Shown piece after piece: positions 19,238-29,466 of a DNA stretch of 64,000 bases. The number at the start of each line of letters is the position of its first letter. Positions within the stretch are counted from its first letter, which is position 1. This stretch comes from an uncultured bacterium. GTDB taxonomy: Bacteria > Fidelibacterota > Marinisomatia > Marinisomatales > UBA1611. The translations under genes and the position numbers were made by a program. The notes beneath the pieces are model-generated. The model ran no database searches. It worked only from the letters and a program-made list of their open reading frames with translations, and had not been told where the DNA came from. The DNA lies in NCBI GenBank assembly GCA_964561495.1, contig CAZLPW010000004.1, positions 4,003 to 68,002 on the forward strand. The letters are read 5' to 3'.

Positions 19238-19762
19238 TTATTTCCCTGAACCTAAATTACCTAATTCATGCAAAACATCATCGGTTAAATCATATTTCGG
19301 TTTAAAATAAAGTAATCCCACAGAAGCATCAATTATATAATCATAAGCACCATCAATAGCAACTTTATCAACAGCTTTTTTTACCTTACCAAGTATATCA
19401 TATTCGAGTTGAGCTTGTTTTCTCATTAATTCTCCCTGAGGTCCAATTTTATCTGCCTGATAAGTTTGTGCTTGTTTTTCCATTTGTTCAATTTCTTTCT
19501 TTATACTTTCGCCTTTATCCAATGCCATTAATCTTTTTACCTCATACTCTTGTTTTAAACTGTCCATTTTTAAAACCATCTGATCGAACTCAAATTGTAC
19601 TTTTCTATATTCGAGTTGCAATTGTGATTCTGCCTCTTTGAATTCTTCATATTCAGTGCGAATTCTTTCAGAAAGAATATATCCAATCTTTAACTGAGCA
19701 TTAGCTGAGCTAGTTAAAAATAGTAAAACACAAAAAAATGAATGTTGGATAGATAATTTCAT
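19238..19762 (-). CDS. skp: OmpH/Skp family periplasmic chaperone
   Basis: 174 aa with a signal peptide and a coiled-coil region rich in charged residues. It occupies the canonical position between bamA and lpxD. Confidence 0.8.
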   Translation of the reverse strand: MKLSIQHSFFCVLLFLTSSANAQLKIGYILSERIRTEYEEFKEAESQLQLEYRKVQFEFDQMVLKMDSLKQEYEVKRLMALDKGESIKKEIEQMEKQAQTYQADKIGPQGELMRKQAQLEYDILGKVKKAVDKVAIDGAYDYIIDASVGLLYFKPKYDLTDDVLHELGNLGSGK

Positions 19763-19778
19763 TTTTTTCTCCTTTTAT

Positions 19779-22169
19779 TTAAAATTGATTTCCAAAAGTA
19801 ATTGTTGTTTTCCAAGTTCCCTCTCTTTTGCCATCAACAATATTATCAAAACCATAACCCATATCAAAGCCTAGCATACCTATCATTGGCATAAAAAATC
19901 TTATGCCAGCCCCAATCGAGCGTCTCAAATTTAATGGGCCACTTCGAGGAACATCAAAGCTTTCCGCTAAAAACAATGATGACCAAACATTCCCTGCCTC
20001 AGCAAAAATCATTCCATAAACAACGGGGTTTTCAGCAAATGGGAATCTAAATTCGGTATTGATTTTTAATAATGATTCACCACCAATTGGATTACCTGAA
20101 CTTGTTAATGGACCTACTCTGTTATCTTCATAACCTCGTAGAGGATTACCATATGGTATCCCATTCCCACCCATTATAAATTTTTCATCAAATGGAATAA
20201 TTGATTGTGATTTTTCAATAGACGGCAATTCTTTAATTACACCTAGTTTGATAGAACTTGTTAGCACAAATTTCCAAAATGTAGGAGTGTAAAACTCTAG
20301 ATTTAATACATGTTTATGAAAATCTTCATTCCCACCTAAAAACCAGCCTCCAATTGTAGACTGTAATGAAAATAGAGAACCCATAGTAGTAAATTCAGGT
20401 CGATCTCTACTATCACGGCGAATAGACTGAATAATTTTCACCCCATCAGTCTTTTCTAAGCCACCAACATAACGATTCAGGTCTTCTTGACTATTTGCAG
20501 AATACTTTTTCCGATCCATTCGTAAAGACCAACTTCCTCTAAAAAAATCATCTGGCCATTTGAATATCCGACCCCAAGTTAAACTTCCTCCCGCAACGGT
20601 ATAATCTATTGGTGAATAATATGTAGAAGATCCGCCTCTGAATGAATAAAATATGGAAGCCCCAAGTAAATTTTTTGTATCATTTACCATTGGATCAGTA
20701 AAACTAATACTTGCTGATTGATATTTAGTTGGAGTGGTTCCCATTATACTATAATTAGTACCTATGTTAAAGTTAATATTTAAGCTTTGCCCCTTACCTC
20801 TCCAATTAGGTAAAGCCAAACCACCACCACCCATCAAACCATACGGACCAGAATAGCCCATGTTGGCATTTGCCTGTCCTGCTGGTTTTTCTTCCACTTC
20901 AAGAACAATATCAACCTTGTCTTCATCAACTGGCACGACATCTGGTAAAACATTTCCAAAAAAATTAAGCATCCAAACTTCTCTCTGGCTTCTGATTAAA
21001 CGATCTCGATTAAATACATCTCCTGGGAAAATCCTTAATTGACGACGTATTACATTCTCTCTTGTTCGAGTATTACCCGCTATAACAATATGATTAACAT
21101 AAACCTTATGATTTTCCGTAATAATAAAATTTATATCAATGGAATCCGTCCCTATGGGAGTTATTTTAGGATCAATACGACTCCAAATGTAGCCTCTATC
21201 CATATATAGCCCTTGAACCCGATCGAAAACTGCAATATTAAATTCTTTTTTACTATACCTGTCTCCTATCTCTAAAGAAAGCACACGATTTAGGCGGTCT
21301 TCATCAAATAAGGTGTTTCCCTCCCATGTAAAATTTCGATATTTGTATTGATAGCCTTCATCTACTTTTATTATAACATCCATCTTTTTCAAATTATCGG
21401 TATATATAATAGTATCTTTTAAAATAGTAAAATCACGATACCCTTTATCATGATAAAAATTATTTAACAAATCTAAATCATCTTTGAATTTCTTTTCATC
21501 ATATGTACCTCTCCAAAAAAGGTATAGCCTTTGTTGTTTTATTTCCTTCAACTTCCATCTTAGTCTAAAATCTGAAAAAGCTTTATTACCTTCAAATATT
21601 ATTTTTCTGATTTTTACTTTTTTATTTTCAACTATAAAAAATTTAATATCTTTTACTAAATCTGCTGCTTTCCCTTCATAGAGTGTAGAAGGTTTTTCAG
21701 GTGTTAATAATTTTGATGTAACTTGAGCATTCAGATATCCTTTTTCTTTATATATTTCTTTTATTTTTTTTTCTATTTCATACAAAGTATTTGGTCTTAT
21801 ACGCTGCCCTTTCACAAAATCTAATTCTTCAATAATTTTTTTAGATTTAATTTTCTTATTACCCTTAAATAACAAATCAGAAAGAATCGGATTTTCCCTT
21901 ACCACTATTGTAATACTCAACTTATCTAATACAGAATTATTTAAGCGTAATTGCACATCTTCAAACAGACCTAAATTCCAAAGTCTCTTAACTGCTCTTT
22001 GAAATTCTGTATTATTAACCTTAAGACCTTCGCGTAAACCAGAAGTAAACAAAATAGTATTTTGTGATGACAAAATATTTCCCTCAACAGAAACTTCTGA
22101 TATAGTAATCTCTTGATTTTGACTGAATACTAAAGAAAAGAAAATGATTAGATAATATATTTTTTTCAT
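19779..22169 (-). CDS. bamA: Outer membrane protein assembly factor BamA
   Basis: 796 aa with a signal peptide, POTRA-like repeats, a C-terminal Omp85 barrel and a terminal ...TFGNQF. Confidence 0.95.
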   Translation of the reverse strand: MKKIYYLIIFFSLVFSQNQEITISEVSVEGNILSSQNTILFTSGLREGLKVNNTEFQRAVKRLWNLGLFEDVQLRLNNSVLDKLSITIVVRENPILSDLLFKGNKKIKSKKIIEELDFVKGQRIRPNTLYEIEKKIKEIYKEKGYLNAQVTSKLLTPEKPSTLYEGKAADLVKDIKFFIVENKKVKIRKIIFEGNKAFSDFRLRWKLKEIKQQRLYLFWRGTYDEKKFKDDLDLLNNFYHDKGYRDFTILKDTIIYTDNLKKMDVIIKVDEGYQYKYRNFTWEGNTLFDEDRLNRVLSLEIGDRYSKKEFNIAVFDRVQGLYMDRGYIWSRIDPKITPIGTDSIDINFIITENHKVYVNHIVIAGNTRTRENVIRRQLRIFPGDVFNRDRLIRSQREVWMLNFFGNVLPDVVPVDEDKVDIVLEVEEKPAGQANANMGYSGPYGLMGGGGLALPNWRGKGQSLNINFNIGTNYSIMGTTPTKYQSASISFTDPMVNDTKNLLGASIFYSFRGGSSTYYSPIDYTVAGGSLTWGRIFKWPDDFFRGSWSLRMDRKKYSANSQEDLNRYVGGLEKTDGVKIIQSIRRDSRDRPEFTTMGSLFSLQSTIGGWFLGGNEDFHKHVLNLEFYTPTFWKFVLTSSIKLGVIKELPSIEKSQSIIPFDEKFIMGGNGIPYGNPLRGYEDNRVGPLTSSGNPIGGESLLKINTEFRFPFAENPVVYGMIFAEAGNVWSSLFLAESFDVPRSGPLNLRRSIGAGIRFFMPMIGMLGFDMGYGFDNIVDGKREGTWKTTITFGNQF

Positions 22170-22189
22170 TATTACTTGATTAGGGATAT

Positions 22190-22927
22190 TTACTCAAACA
22201 CCTTTCCGAATCTTCTTTCTCTAGATTGATAATCTAATAAAGATTTAATTAGCTCCCCTTCACGAAAATCAGGCCAATATGTTTCAGTAAGATATATTTC
22301 CGAATAAGCAATTTGCCAAAGCAAAAAATTACTAATTCTGTTTTCTCCACTAGTTCTTATTAATAGATCTGGATCTGGAAATTCAGATGTGTATAATTCC
22401 TTTGAAAAACTGCTTTCATCAATTTGTCCTATTTTCATTATCCCATTTTTTACCTTTTCAGATATTTTTTTTACACCATTTAAGATTTCTTGCCTACTCC
22501 CATAACTTAGAGCTAAACAAAGCTTTAAACCCGTATTGTTTTTAGTCAGCTCTTCTCCATCCTGGATACCTTTTTTTGTTCTCAGCGGCAATTGATCAAT
22601 ATCACCTATAGTTTTAAAACAAACATTGTTTTTATTTAATTCCCGAACCTCAATATTAATTGTATTTAACAGCAATCTCATCAAAGCATTAACCTCATTT
22701 TGAGGCCTATTCCAATTTTCAGTAGAAAAAGTATAAAGCGTTAAATACTTAACACCAATTTCTCCGCAAACTCGTGTTATTTCCCTAACAGAGTTTATAC
22801 CTTGTCTATGCCCTGAAATCCTTGGAAGATTTTTTTCTTTTGCCCAACGACCATTCCCATCCATAATAATAGCTATATGTTTTGGAATATTCCCTTGCTC
22901 AACTTTATATCGAATTGACTTATCCAT
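22190..22927 (-). CDS. uppS: Undecaprenyl diphosphate synthase (cis-prenyltransferase)
   Basis: HIAIIMDGNGRWA, TLY.FSTENW.RP, IRTSGE.R.SNFLLWQ and ERRFG motifs. Confidence 0.95.
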   Translation of the reverse strand: MDKSIRYKVEQGNIPKHIAIIMDGNGRWAKEKNLPRISGHRQGINSVREITRVCGEIGVKYLTLYTFSTENWNRPQNEVNALMRLLLNTINIEVRELNKNNVCFKTIGDIDQLPLRTKKGIQDGEELTKNNTGLKLCLALSYGSRQEILNGVKKISEKVKNGIMKIGQIDESSFSKELYTSEFPDPDLLIRTSGENRISNFLLWQIAYSEIYLTETYWPDFREGELIKSLLDYQSRERRFGKVFE

Positions 22928-23020
22928 ATAGTAAAAAAATCTAAAAGAACTTAACCTTTAAGCCTAATTAAATAGTATTGTCATTTAGGTTTATTTTTTT
23001 TTTATCAAAAAATCAAGATT

Positions 23021-24142
23021 TTAGTTAGATGTGATTTTATCAAATATATTATTTGCTATTTCAAAATAAATTTTGCTTAAATATGATTTTGGGTCTTTTT
23101 CAACAATTGGCATTCCATTATCCGTTGTTTCCACAATATCTGGAGAAATAGGAATTTTACCTAAGAGAGAAACGCCCAGTCGCTCACTCTCCAACTTTCC
23201 AGCACCTGATTTAAATAAATCTATATTATGTGAAAAATAACCCTTTTCTTTTATATCAACTTTTTTGCCATCAATTATTAAGGAAGAAGCCGAATGACAA
23301 TCTATTATTTGTCCATTTATTGAATAGCCAGACATGTTTTCTATAACACCAAGTACAGGCGCATTCACTTTACGAAACATATCAGCTCCCTTGCGGACGT
23401 CAGCTAATGCAATATCTTGAGGAGTTGTTACTATTATTGCTCCTGATATTTTTAGTTTCTGAGTTAAGGTTAATTGAACATCCCCTGTCCCAGGAGGAAG
23501 ATCCAAAACTAATATATCAAGCTTCCCCCATTCGACATCCCTAAAAAATTGTTCTGTCATCCTAGCCACAAGTGGCCCTCTCCAAATCGCTGGCGTTTCG
23601 CTACCACTTACAAAACCAAAACTCATTACTTCCATATCATAACGTTTAATTGGAATTAATTTTTTTTCTTGATTCATAGAAGGCTGTTTATTAGTTCCTA
23701 AAATTATTGGAAGTGATGGACCATATATATCTAAGTCCAACAAACCAACCTTTTTCCCATTTGATTTAAATGCACAAGCTAAATTAGCGGCAACAGTTGA
23801 TTTCCCTACCCCTCCTTTTCCACTTGCAACAGCAATAATAGATGTTACATTCTCTAAAATTAAATTTTGATTAATTTGGTTTTGACTATTCTGATTAACT
23901 GAAGGTTGAGATGTTTCAACCATCAAAACATTTACTTCTTTAAAATCTTTTGAAAGGATGCTTTTTATATTTTTAACAACTAATTGTTTTTTTTCCTGAT
24001 TCTGTGAACTAATTGACAATGAGATATTTACTGTATAATCATCTATTTTGATATCTTTTACCATTCCAAATGATACAATATCACGATTAAAACCTGGATA
24101 AGAAATCGACTCTAATAACTTTAAAATATCTTGTTTATTCAT
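23021..24142 (-). CDS. apbC: Mrp/ApbC/NBP35-family Fe-S cluster carrier ATPase
   Basis: An N-terminal DUF59-like domain and the deviant Walker A SGKGGVGKST. I placed the start at the ATG at 24142 (MNKQDIL). The track start at 24163 is a TTG inside the fdx terminator hairpin. Confidence 0.9.
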   Translation of the reverse strand: MNKQDILKLLESISYPGFNRDIVSFGMVKDIKIDDYTVNISLSISSQNQEKKQLVVKNIKSILSKDFKEVNVLMVETSQPSVNQNSQNQINQNLILENVTSIIAVASGKGGVGKSTVAANLACAFKSNGKKVGLLDLDIYGPSLPIILGTNKQPSMNQEKKLIPIKRYDMEVMSFGFVSGSETPAIWRGPLVARMTEQFFRDVEWGKLDILVLDLPPGTGDVQLTLTQKLKISGAIIVTTPQDIALADVRKGADMFRKVNAPVLGVIENMSGYSINGQIIDCHSASSLIIDGKKVDIKEKGYFSHNIDLFKSGAGKLESERLGVSLLGKIPISPDIVETTDNGMPIVEKDPKSYLSKIYFEIANNIFDKITSN

Positions 24143-24144
24143 TT

Positions 24145-24178
24145 TAATAAAAAACGGTTGCAAAAATGCAACCGTTTT
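24145..24178 (-). terminator. Rho-independent terminator downstream of the ferredoxin gene
   Basis: On the minus strand the sequence reads AAAACGGTTGCA-TTTT-TGCAACCGTTTT followed by TTATT. This is a perfect 12-bp stem with a 4-nt loop and a run of six T directly after the CCG. It lies 25 nt after the fdx stop. Confidence 0.7.
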
Positions 24179-24202
24179 ACATTTATTTTATTAGGATTTA
24201 GA

Positions 24203-24505
24203 TTACCCTGAATATTCTTGACCAAACCATTCATAATTAATTTTTATGTACTTCCCCCATTCTTCAGGTACTTCACTTTCTTCAAAAATTGCTTCTACAG
24301 GGCACTCTGGCTCGCAAGCACCACAATCAATACATTCCTCGGGATTTATGTAGAGCTGTTTCCCGTCAGGATCAAACCCATCTTCTTTTGCCTCAGCTCC
24401 AGCACCCTCTTTGTCTTCAGGTCCATGAATACAGTCAACTGGACAAACCTCAACACAAGCAGTATCACAAGTGTCAACACAGGGCTCCGCAATTATGTAA
24501 GTCAT
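24203..24505 (-). CDS. fdxA: Ferredoxin (7Fe FdxA-like, two Fe-S cluster motifs)
   Basis: MTYIIAEPCVDTCDTACVEVCPVDCIH ... CIDCGACEPECPVEAIF, with an acidic ~23-aa insert between the two cluster motifs. AAGGAG precedes the ATG. Confidence 0.85.
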   Translation of the reverse strand: MTYIIAEPCVDTCDTACVEVCPVDCIHGPEDKEGAGAEAKEDGFDPDGKQLYINPEECIDCGACEPECPVEAIFEESEVPEEWGKYIKINYEWFGQEYSG

Positions 24506-24652
24506 TTTATACTCCTTAAGTATTTATTTTAGTTCCAAGTCCGTTTTTAATTTAAAAGTTTAATATTAGAGTAAAAAATGTTTTACAATTAATATCTGAC
24601 TTTTCGTATAATTATTTTTTCAACAACACTGCCTTTAAATAGAATTTAATTT

Positions 24653-25996
24653 TTATCGAGCAAGCGCTCCCATAGGATCCCATGGTTTCAATGGAATCAT
24701 TTTTGATTCGCTATAAATTTCAAACATCTTATCTGGCAAATAAGATTTATGAACAACAACCTCATAAGTATATTCATCAAACCACTTATCTGTCATTATA
24801 TAATAGCCCTTATCACCATTTTTATTGCCCCAGCTGTTTTCTACTCTCCATTTATTAGAATTTCCTTTTGAATCTAAATCTACACCAGTGAATAACATCG
24901 CATGAGTCATCGCACTATCTCCATATTCCAAACGTTCAGATTTGTTTAGGTTAAATTTAGTACTATAAAAAAGATCAAAATCAAAAAGGTCCATATCCAT
25001 TACCCCTAAATCTCGATGGAGATGTTTACCAACATCACATCCAAACCATACTGGCTCTTCGTTTTGTATTGATTTTATTGCTGCTTGCTTCATAACAATA
25101 CTATCAACATTTAAATACCTGATCGGTTCTCCCTCTATAACATTCCCCAAAAACTCAACTGTGTAAACTTTATTATAATTTTTGTCAGGCATTGGGCAAT
25201 TAATCAAGCAAACATATTCATTTAAATTTAAACCGACATGGCTCTTATAAAAATCAACAGGATTAATCTTTTCAAATCTTTGAAATTCATTATTTTTATT
25301 TTTTATCTGCCAATCAAAACAACTTGGCGGTGCACCAATATGAATAGTAAGCAATCGAAAAATTGTTTCTAACATTTGGTGTTTTAATTCCTTTAAATCC
25401 TCTTCTGATGCTCCATTATTTTTTGCTTCTCTCAAATCTTTTGCATACTCACGAAGTTTTCTAGTTATCATACGATTCATTCGACCAGATTTACTCGTGT
25501 GATAAGTTTCAGGCATTACCGATTGGGGAACCACACCGTATTTATTAATAAGATTTACCCACATATCCCATTGCCCACCATCTTGAATAGGGTTCGATAA
25601 TAAATGCATCACAATACGACTATTAGATGGTTTGTTTGAAGTATTTAAAATTGACTCTAAAAAATAATTAGCTTTTTCAAGCTTATCCCAAAACATAAAA
25701 TAACTCTGCGAAAATTGAAAATCTTTTAGCTTATGCTTCCTCCCTAAATACAATCTAAATAAATTCAATCCTGCAAAACCCCAACAACGGCCACTGCTTT
25801 TCTGGTTTGTTGCTGGCATTTCATCTTTTATGAAATTAGAGAATGTGTGATCTATTTTTTTAAATTGATCCCAATTGATTGAAACCTCTGTTATTTGATT
25901 TCTAATGGCTGCATTTCTTGCGATTTTTAGTTTTTCATCATTTTTCAAGTTTTTTAAAAATAGATCGATATTATCTAAAGTTATAGAATTTGGCAT
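24653..25996 (-). CDS. pepC: Aminopeptidase C / bleomycin hydrolase-type C1 cysteine peptidase
   Basis: QKSSGRCWGFAG active-site Cys context, HAM.F.GV, ENSWG, and a family-typical length of 447 aa. Confidence 0.85.
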   Translation of the reverse strand: MPNSITLDNIDLFLKNLKNDEKLKIARNAAIRNQITEVSINWDQFKKIDHTFSNFIKDEMPATNQKSSGRCWGFAGLNLFRLYLGRKHKLKDFQFSQSYFMFWDKLEKANYFLESILNTSNKPSNSRIVMHLLSNPIQDGGQWDMWVNLINKYGVVPQSVMPETYHTSKSGRMNRMITRKLREYAKDLREAKNNGASEEDLKELKHQMLETIFRLLTIHIGAPPSCFDWQIKNKNNEFQRFEKINPVDFYKSHVGLNLNEYVCLINCPMPDKNYNKVYTVEFLGNVIEGEPIRYLNVDSIVMKQAAIKSIQNEEPVWFGCDVGKHLHRDLGVMDMDLFDFDLFYSTKFNLNKSERLEYGDSAMTHAMLFTGVDLDSKGNSNKWRVENSWGNKNGDKGYYIMTDKWFDEYTYEVVVHKSYLPDKMFEIYSESKMIPLKPWDPMGALAR

Positions 25997-26029
25997 ACTA
26001 TCTCCATTTCAGTATTTATATTTAAAAGT

Positions 26030-26740
26030 TTATTTTAATAAATCTTGGATTTTGTTTTTCACTAAATCACGTAATTCTTCTACATTAAGATCCGAATATT
26101 TAGCAAAGTGAATTGGACTGCCAAATCTAGCCCTTATTAAACTCGGTTTCAGTCGCCAGTCCGTTTTTTTCTTTGCTTCAAAAGCATTTATTAGCGCTAT
26201 TGGTACAATAGTTGCGCCTGTATTTAATGCTAAATGAAATGGCCCTTTTTTAAAATTTCCCATTTTACCTGTGATTGTTCTTGTTCCTTCTGGTGCTATA
26301 ATTATAGAGGTTCCTTTACGAATAATTTTCTCGGCAGATTTCAGTGTTCCTATGGCTTTTTTTAAATGTTTCCTATCTATTGGAATTCCTCCATATTTTT
26401 TTGCTACAGCACCAAATATAGGCCAACGAAATTCCTCGTAGGCACCTATAGCTGTTGTATAATGTTTTAAAAAAGCTACTACCATAAATTGATCAAACAT
26501 CGATACATGATTAAACATATATAAATATGGGGCATTTTTTCCTTGAGGAATATTCCCCTCTTTTACTAACCATTGCCCCGCAAAAAAACACGATAACCAA
26601 CAAAACGGTCTTAGGAGATAATGAAAATTTTTTAAAGGAACAAAATAAAGGGAAAAAAAAAGGAAAATTAATCCAAAGAACATAAATATTATCCATATTG
26701 GCCAAATAATAATCGAGATAAAAAATTTATACAAATTCAT
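26030..26740 (-). CDS. plsC: 1-acyl-sn-glycerol-3-phosphate acyltransferase
   Basis: N-terminal TM segments, the NHVSMFD (HX4D) motif and APEGTRT. Confidence 0.8.
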   Translation of the reverse strand: MNLYKFFISIIIWPIWIIFMFFGLIFLFFSLYFVPLKNFHYLLRPFCWLSCFFAGQWLVKEGNIPQGKNAPYLYMFNHVSMFDQFMVVAFLKHYTTAIGAYEEFRWPIFGAVAKKYGGIPIDRKHLKKAIGTLKSAEKIIRKGTSIIIAPEGTRTITGKMGNFKKGPFHLALNTGATIVPIALINAFEAKKKTDWRLKPSLIRARFGSPIHFAKYSDLNVEELRDLVKNKIQDLLK

Positions 26741-26744
26741 AATT

Positions 26745-27791
26745 TTATTTTATTATGGAAAATAATTTATGATTAGCTTTAGGAAAAGCAAATTGATCTA
26801 TCTGTTTTGAATTTATCCATCGATGCTCTTTTTCAAAAGGAGCTATCTTGGATTTTTCTTTACAATTAAATCCATGCATAGTGATTGAAAAATGAGAATA
26901 CTTATGCTTAATAACCCCGATTTTCTCATTTACTTTAATTTCTGATCCACATTCATTTTTAACCTTTTTTTCTAAAGCAGTAATTAAAGATTCATCGTTG
27001 CTAATTTTACCACCTGGGAATTCCCACAGCCCGCCTAACATTGAATTAATATCCCTTTTTTGAATATAAAATTTATCTTTTCTCCAAATTAAACCTACGA
27101 CAACAGTAAAATTAGGCGTTTTCTTTTTAACTAATTTGATAGGATATTTTTCAGGGTTATTATTCAAATAACCTACGCAATTTTTTTTTATTGGACATTT
27201 ATTACAATTAGGCTTTTTTGGACGACAAATAATTGAACCTAAATCCATCATAGCCTGATTAAAATCACCAGGTCGCTGACTTGGGATCCATGATTTTAGC
27301 TTGTTTTTTATCCATTTATAATTTTTGGGAGTAGTATTCTTTATTCCTAGATATCTAGACATAATCCGTTTAACATTTCCATCGATTGCAGGTATTTTTT
27401 GATCAAAAGCAATAGATAAAACGGCTGCAGCTGTATACTCTCCAACACCTGGTAATGCAATAAATTGTTTATAATCTTGAGGGATGACACCCTTGTAAAG
27501 ATGTAAAACAATTTTTGAAGATTTATGAAAATTATTACATCTGGCGTAATACCCTAACCCTTCCCATCTTTTTAATAATTCAGAAAATTTGGCTTTAGCT
27601 ACATGATTTAGAGTAGGATACTTTTTTACCCAATTATTATAATATGGGATAACTGTGTTAATTTGTGTTTGTTGTAACATTATTTCTGATATCCAAATTT
27701 TATATGGATCATTCGTTAAACGAAAAGGTAGCTTTCGGTGGTTTGAATCATACCAATCGAGCAATTTTTTAATTATCGATTTTACCTGCAT
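26745..27791 (-). CDS. mutY: A/G-specific adenine DNA glycosylase
   Basis: HhH-GPD region (LPGVGEYTAAAV), the 4Fe-4S loop C..KKPNCNKCP....C, and a C-terminal NUDIX-like domain (LWEFPGGK). Confidence 0.9.
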   Translation of the reverse strand: MQVKSIIKKLLDWYDSNHRKLPFRLTNDPYKIWISEIMLQQTQINTVIPYYNNWVKKYPTLNHVAKAKFSELLKRWEGLGYYARCNNFHKSSKIVLHLYKGVIPQDYKQFIALPGVGEYTAAAVLSIAFDQKIPAIDGNVKRIMSRYLGIKNTTPKNYKWIKNKLKSWIPSQRPGDFNQAMMDLGSIICRPKKPNCNKCPIKKNCVGYLNNNPEKYPIKLVKKKTPNFTVVVGLIWRKDKFYIQKRDINSMLGGLWEFPGGKISNDESLITALEKKVKNECGSEIKVNEKIGVIKHKYSHFSITMHGFNCKEKSKIAPFEKEHRWINSKQIDQFAFPKANHKLFSIIK

Positions 27792-27799
27792 AACATAAA

Positions 27800-28222
27800 T
27801 TAATTTTCGAGCTCCAATTTTGAAATTAACCAGTGTATAGATGATAACTGATCATTAAACTTTGATTTTTGATTTGAATCTAATCCCTTCTCAAACAGAG
27901 ACCCGAGGCTATCTATTTTGTATTCTATTTCTTTTTGAAAAATTTCTCCATTAGGGGTTAAAAAAACTTTTACAACTCTACTATCTAATTCACTTCGATT
28001 TCTTATTACCCAACCTTTTTTTTCTAATCCAATTATTAAGCGTGTTGCAGTACTATTATCAATCCCCAGTCTTTCTGCAATAGTTGACATATCCACCCCT
28101 TCATACTCAATAATAGAAATAGCAAGTATTTGAGGAAACGAAACATTCTGAATATTTATTTTTTTTTTAAATACCGTTTGTAATGATACCAATAAAGAAA
28201 ATAACAATTCTCCATAATTCAT
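27800..28222 (-). CDS. MarR family transcriptional regulator
   Basis: 140 aa with a winged helix-turn-helix region (STIAERLGIDNSTATRLIIGLEKKGWV.R..SE.D.R). Confidence 0.8.
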   Translation of the reverse strand: MNYGELLFSLLVSLQTVFKKKINIQNVSFPQILAISIIEYEGVDMSTIAERLGIDNSTATRLIIGLEKKGWVIRNRSELDSRVVKVFLTPNGEIFQKEIEYKIDSLGSLFEKGLDSNQKSKFNDQLSSIHWLISKLELEN

Positions 28223-28254
28223 GCTTTTAAATTACAAATAACAACTCTTCTAAA

Positions 28255-29466
28255 TTATTTTTTTGTCAAATTGATTAATCTAGAAGCATGCTCTTTGAAA
28301 AATCTAATTGAATTCTCATCTATTTTTTTTAAATGCATTTTATGACCAATAATATTCCAATGATCTATTCTTAATGGTCCAATTGAATACCACTGCCCTG
28401 GTACGAATTGGGAGGTTTCTTCACTAAATGGCACAATTAAATCGGGACCATTATCACCAGTTTTAGGACCAGACATAGAAACAGTATTTACCAAACCATC
28501 ATTTTCATACCAAGTAGAATCGGTTTCCGAACCGTCTCTCCAATACCCTACTCTCTTACCAATTATTCTTGCTCTTGCCTGAATAAGCAAAGCGGAGCCT
28601 TTTTTTGGTGAATGCCAATCATTTTTTTTATTTTTTTCTGTGACCGAAGTAGAAACAGAAAAATAGTAAATACTTTTATCAGCTATAGCATAATTATTAA
28701 TCTCTTTGGCACCTATTAATGATAAGTCCCAAGAACCTATATTCTTTGAATCCCAAACTTTGTGATCACGAATTCGTTCTACATAATGACTCCAAGATTC
28801 ATTTTCCTTTCTTGAGAAACCCCACTGCTCTAAATCAAAATCATAAAAATCTGTTCCAATTACCCCCGCCAACCCTATAAAGTACTGTATAAATGGAAAA
28901 TTTTTATTAAGATGGTCTACTAAGGTTATTCCATTATGAGGCGTTGATATTGTAGAGATACTATGTATCCAGTTATTATTTACTTCACCCAATAGTTTAG
29001 AACTCTCTTTATATTTTTTCAGACTATCAACAAATATTACATTGTTCAACATATAGTTTAAAACCCTAGCAGTTTGACCTCCCATACTATGTCCAATTAT
29101 ATGTATAGGATTATTTTCATCCCACTCTGGAAAAAGCCCATCATAAAATTTTGTTTTAGGTTTTTGTATAATATTATATTTTCTTGAATGCCCTTTTCCA
29201 TAATCAACCTGCCCACCTTTTAGTTGATAAAAAACTTCTATTGCTCTATCCCAATTAGAGGATATCGGTCCAACCGAAACTTCAAAAACTTTATATCCCT
29301 CATTTCTAAGTAAGCTACAAATATCGGAATTTCCGCCCCAATAATTATAATTCCCCATTTCACTAGGTCCCCAACCTAAAAAACCATGTATAAATACAAT
29401 TGGGTAATTATTTTTACATAATGAAAAACTAACAATCACAAAAAAAATAGAGATATATTTTCTCAT
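28255..29466 (-). CDS. Secreted triacylglycerol lipase, family I.5/I.6-like (Geobacillus/Staphylococcus type)
   Basis: Signal peptide, then PIVFIHGFLGWG...YWGG...VGPISSNWDRA, the nucleophile elbow GHSMGGQTAR, ENDGLVNTVSM (catalytic Asp context) and IDHWNIIG (catalytic His context). These closely parallel the Geobacillus lipase sequence as I remember it. Confidence 0.8.
   Translation of the reverse strand: MRKYISIFFVIVSFSLCKNNYPIVFIHGFLGWGPSEMGNYNYWGGNSDICSLLRNEGYKVFEVSVGPISSNWDRAIEVFYQLKGGQVDYGKGHSRKYNIIQKPKTKFYDGLFPEWDENNPIHIIGHSMGGQTARVLNYMLNNVIFVDSLKKYKESSKLLGEVNNNWIHSISTISTPHNGITLVDHLNKNFPFIQYFIGLAGVIGTDFYDFDLEQWGFSRKENESWSHYVERIRDHKVWDSKNIGSWDLSLIGAKEINNYAIADKSIYYFSVSTSVTEKNKKNDWHSPKKGSALLIQARARIIGKRVGYWRDGSETDSTWYENDGLVNTVSMSGPKTGDNGPDLIVPFSEETSQFVPGQWYSIGPLRIDHWNIIGHKMHLKKIDENSIRFFKEHASRLINLTKK

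Noticed and set aside
24143-24163. Track-predicted start of mrp/apbC at 24163 (MQPFFIK...).
   Set aside because: That codon is a TTG inside the terminator hairpin, and the seven extra residues are simply the translated stem and T tract. The ATG at 24142 gives a normal N-terminus.
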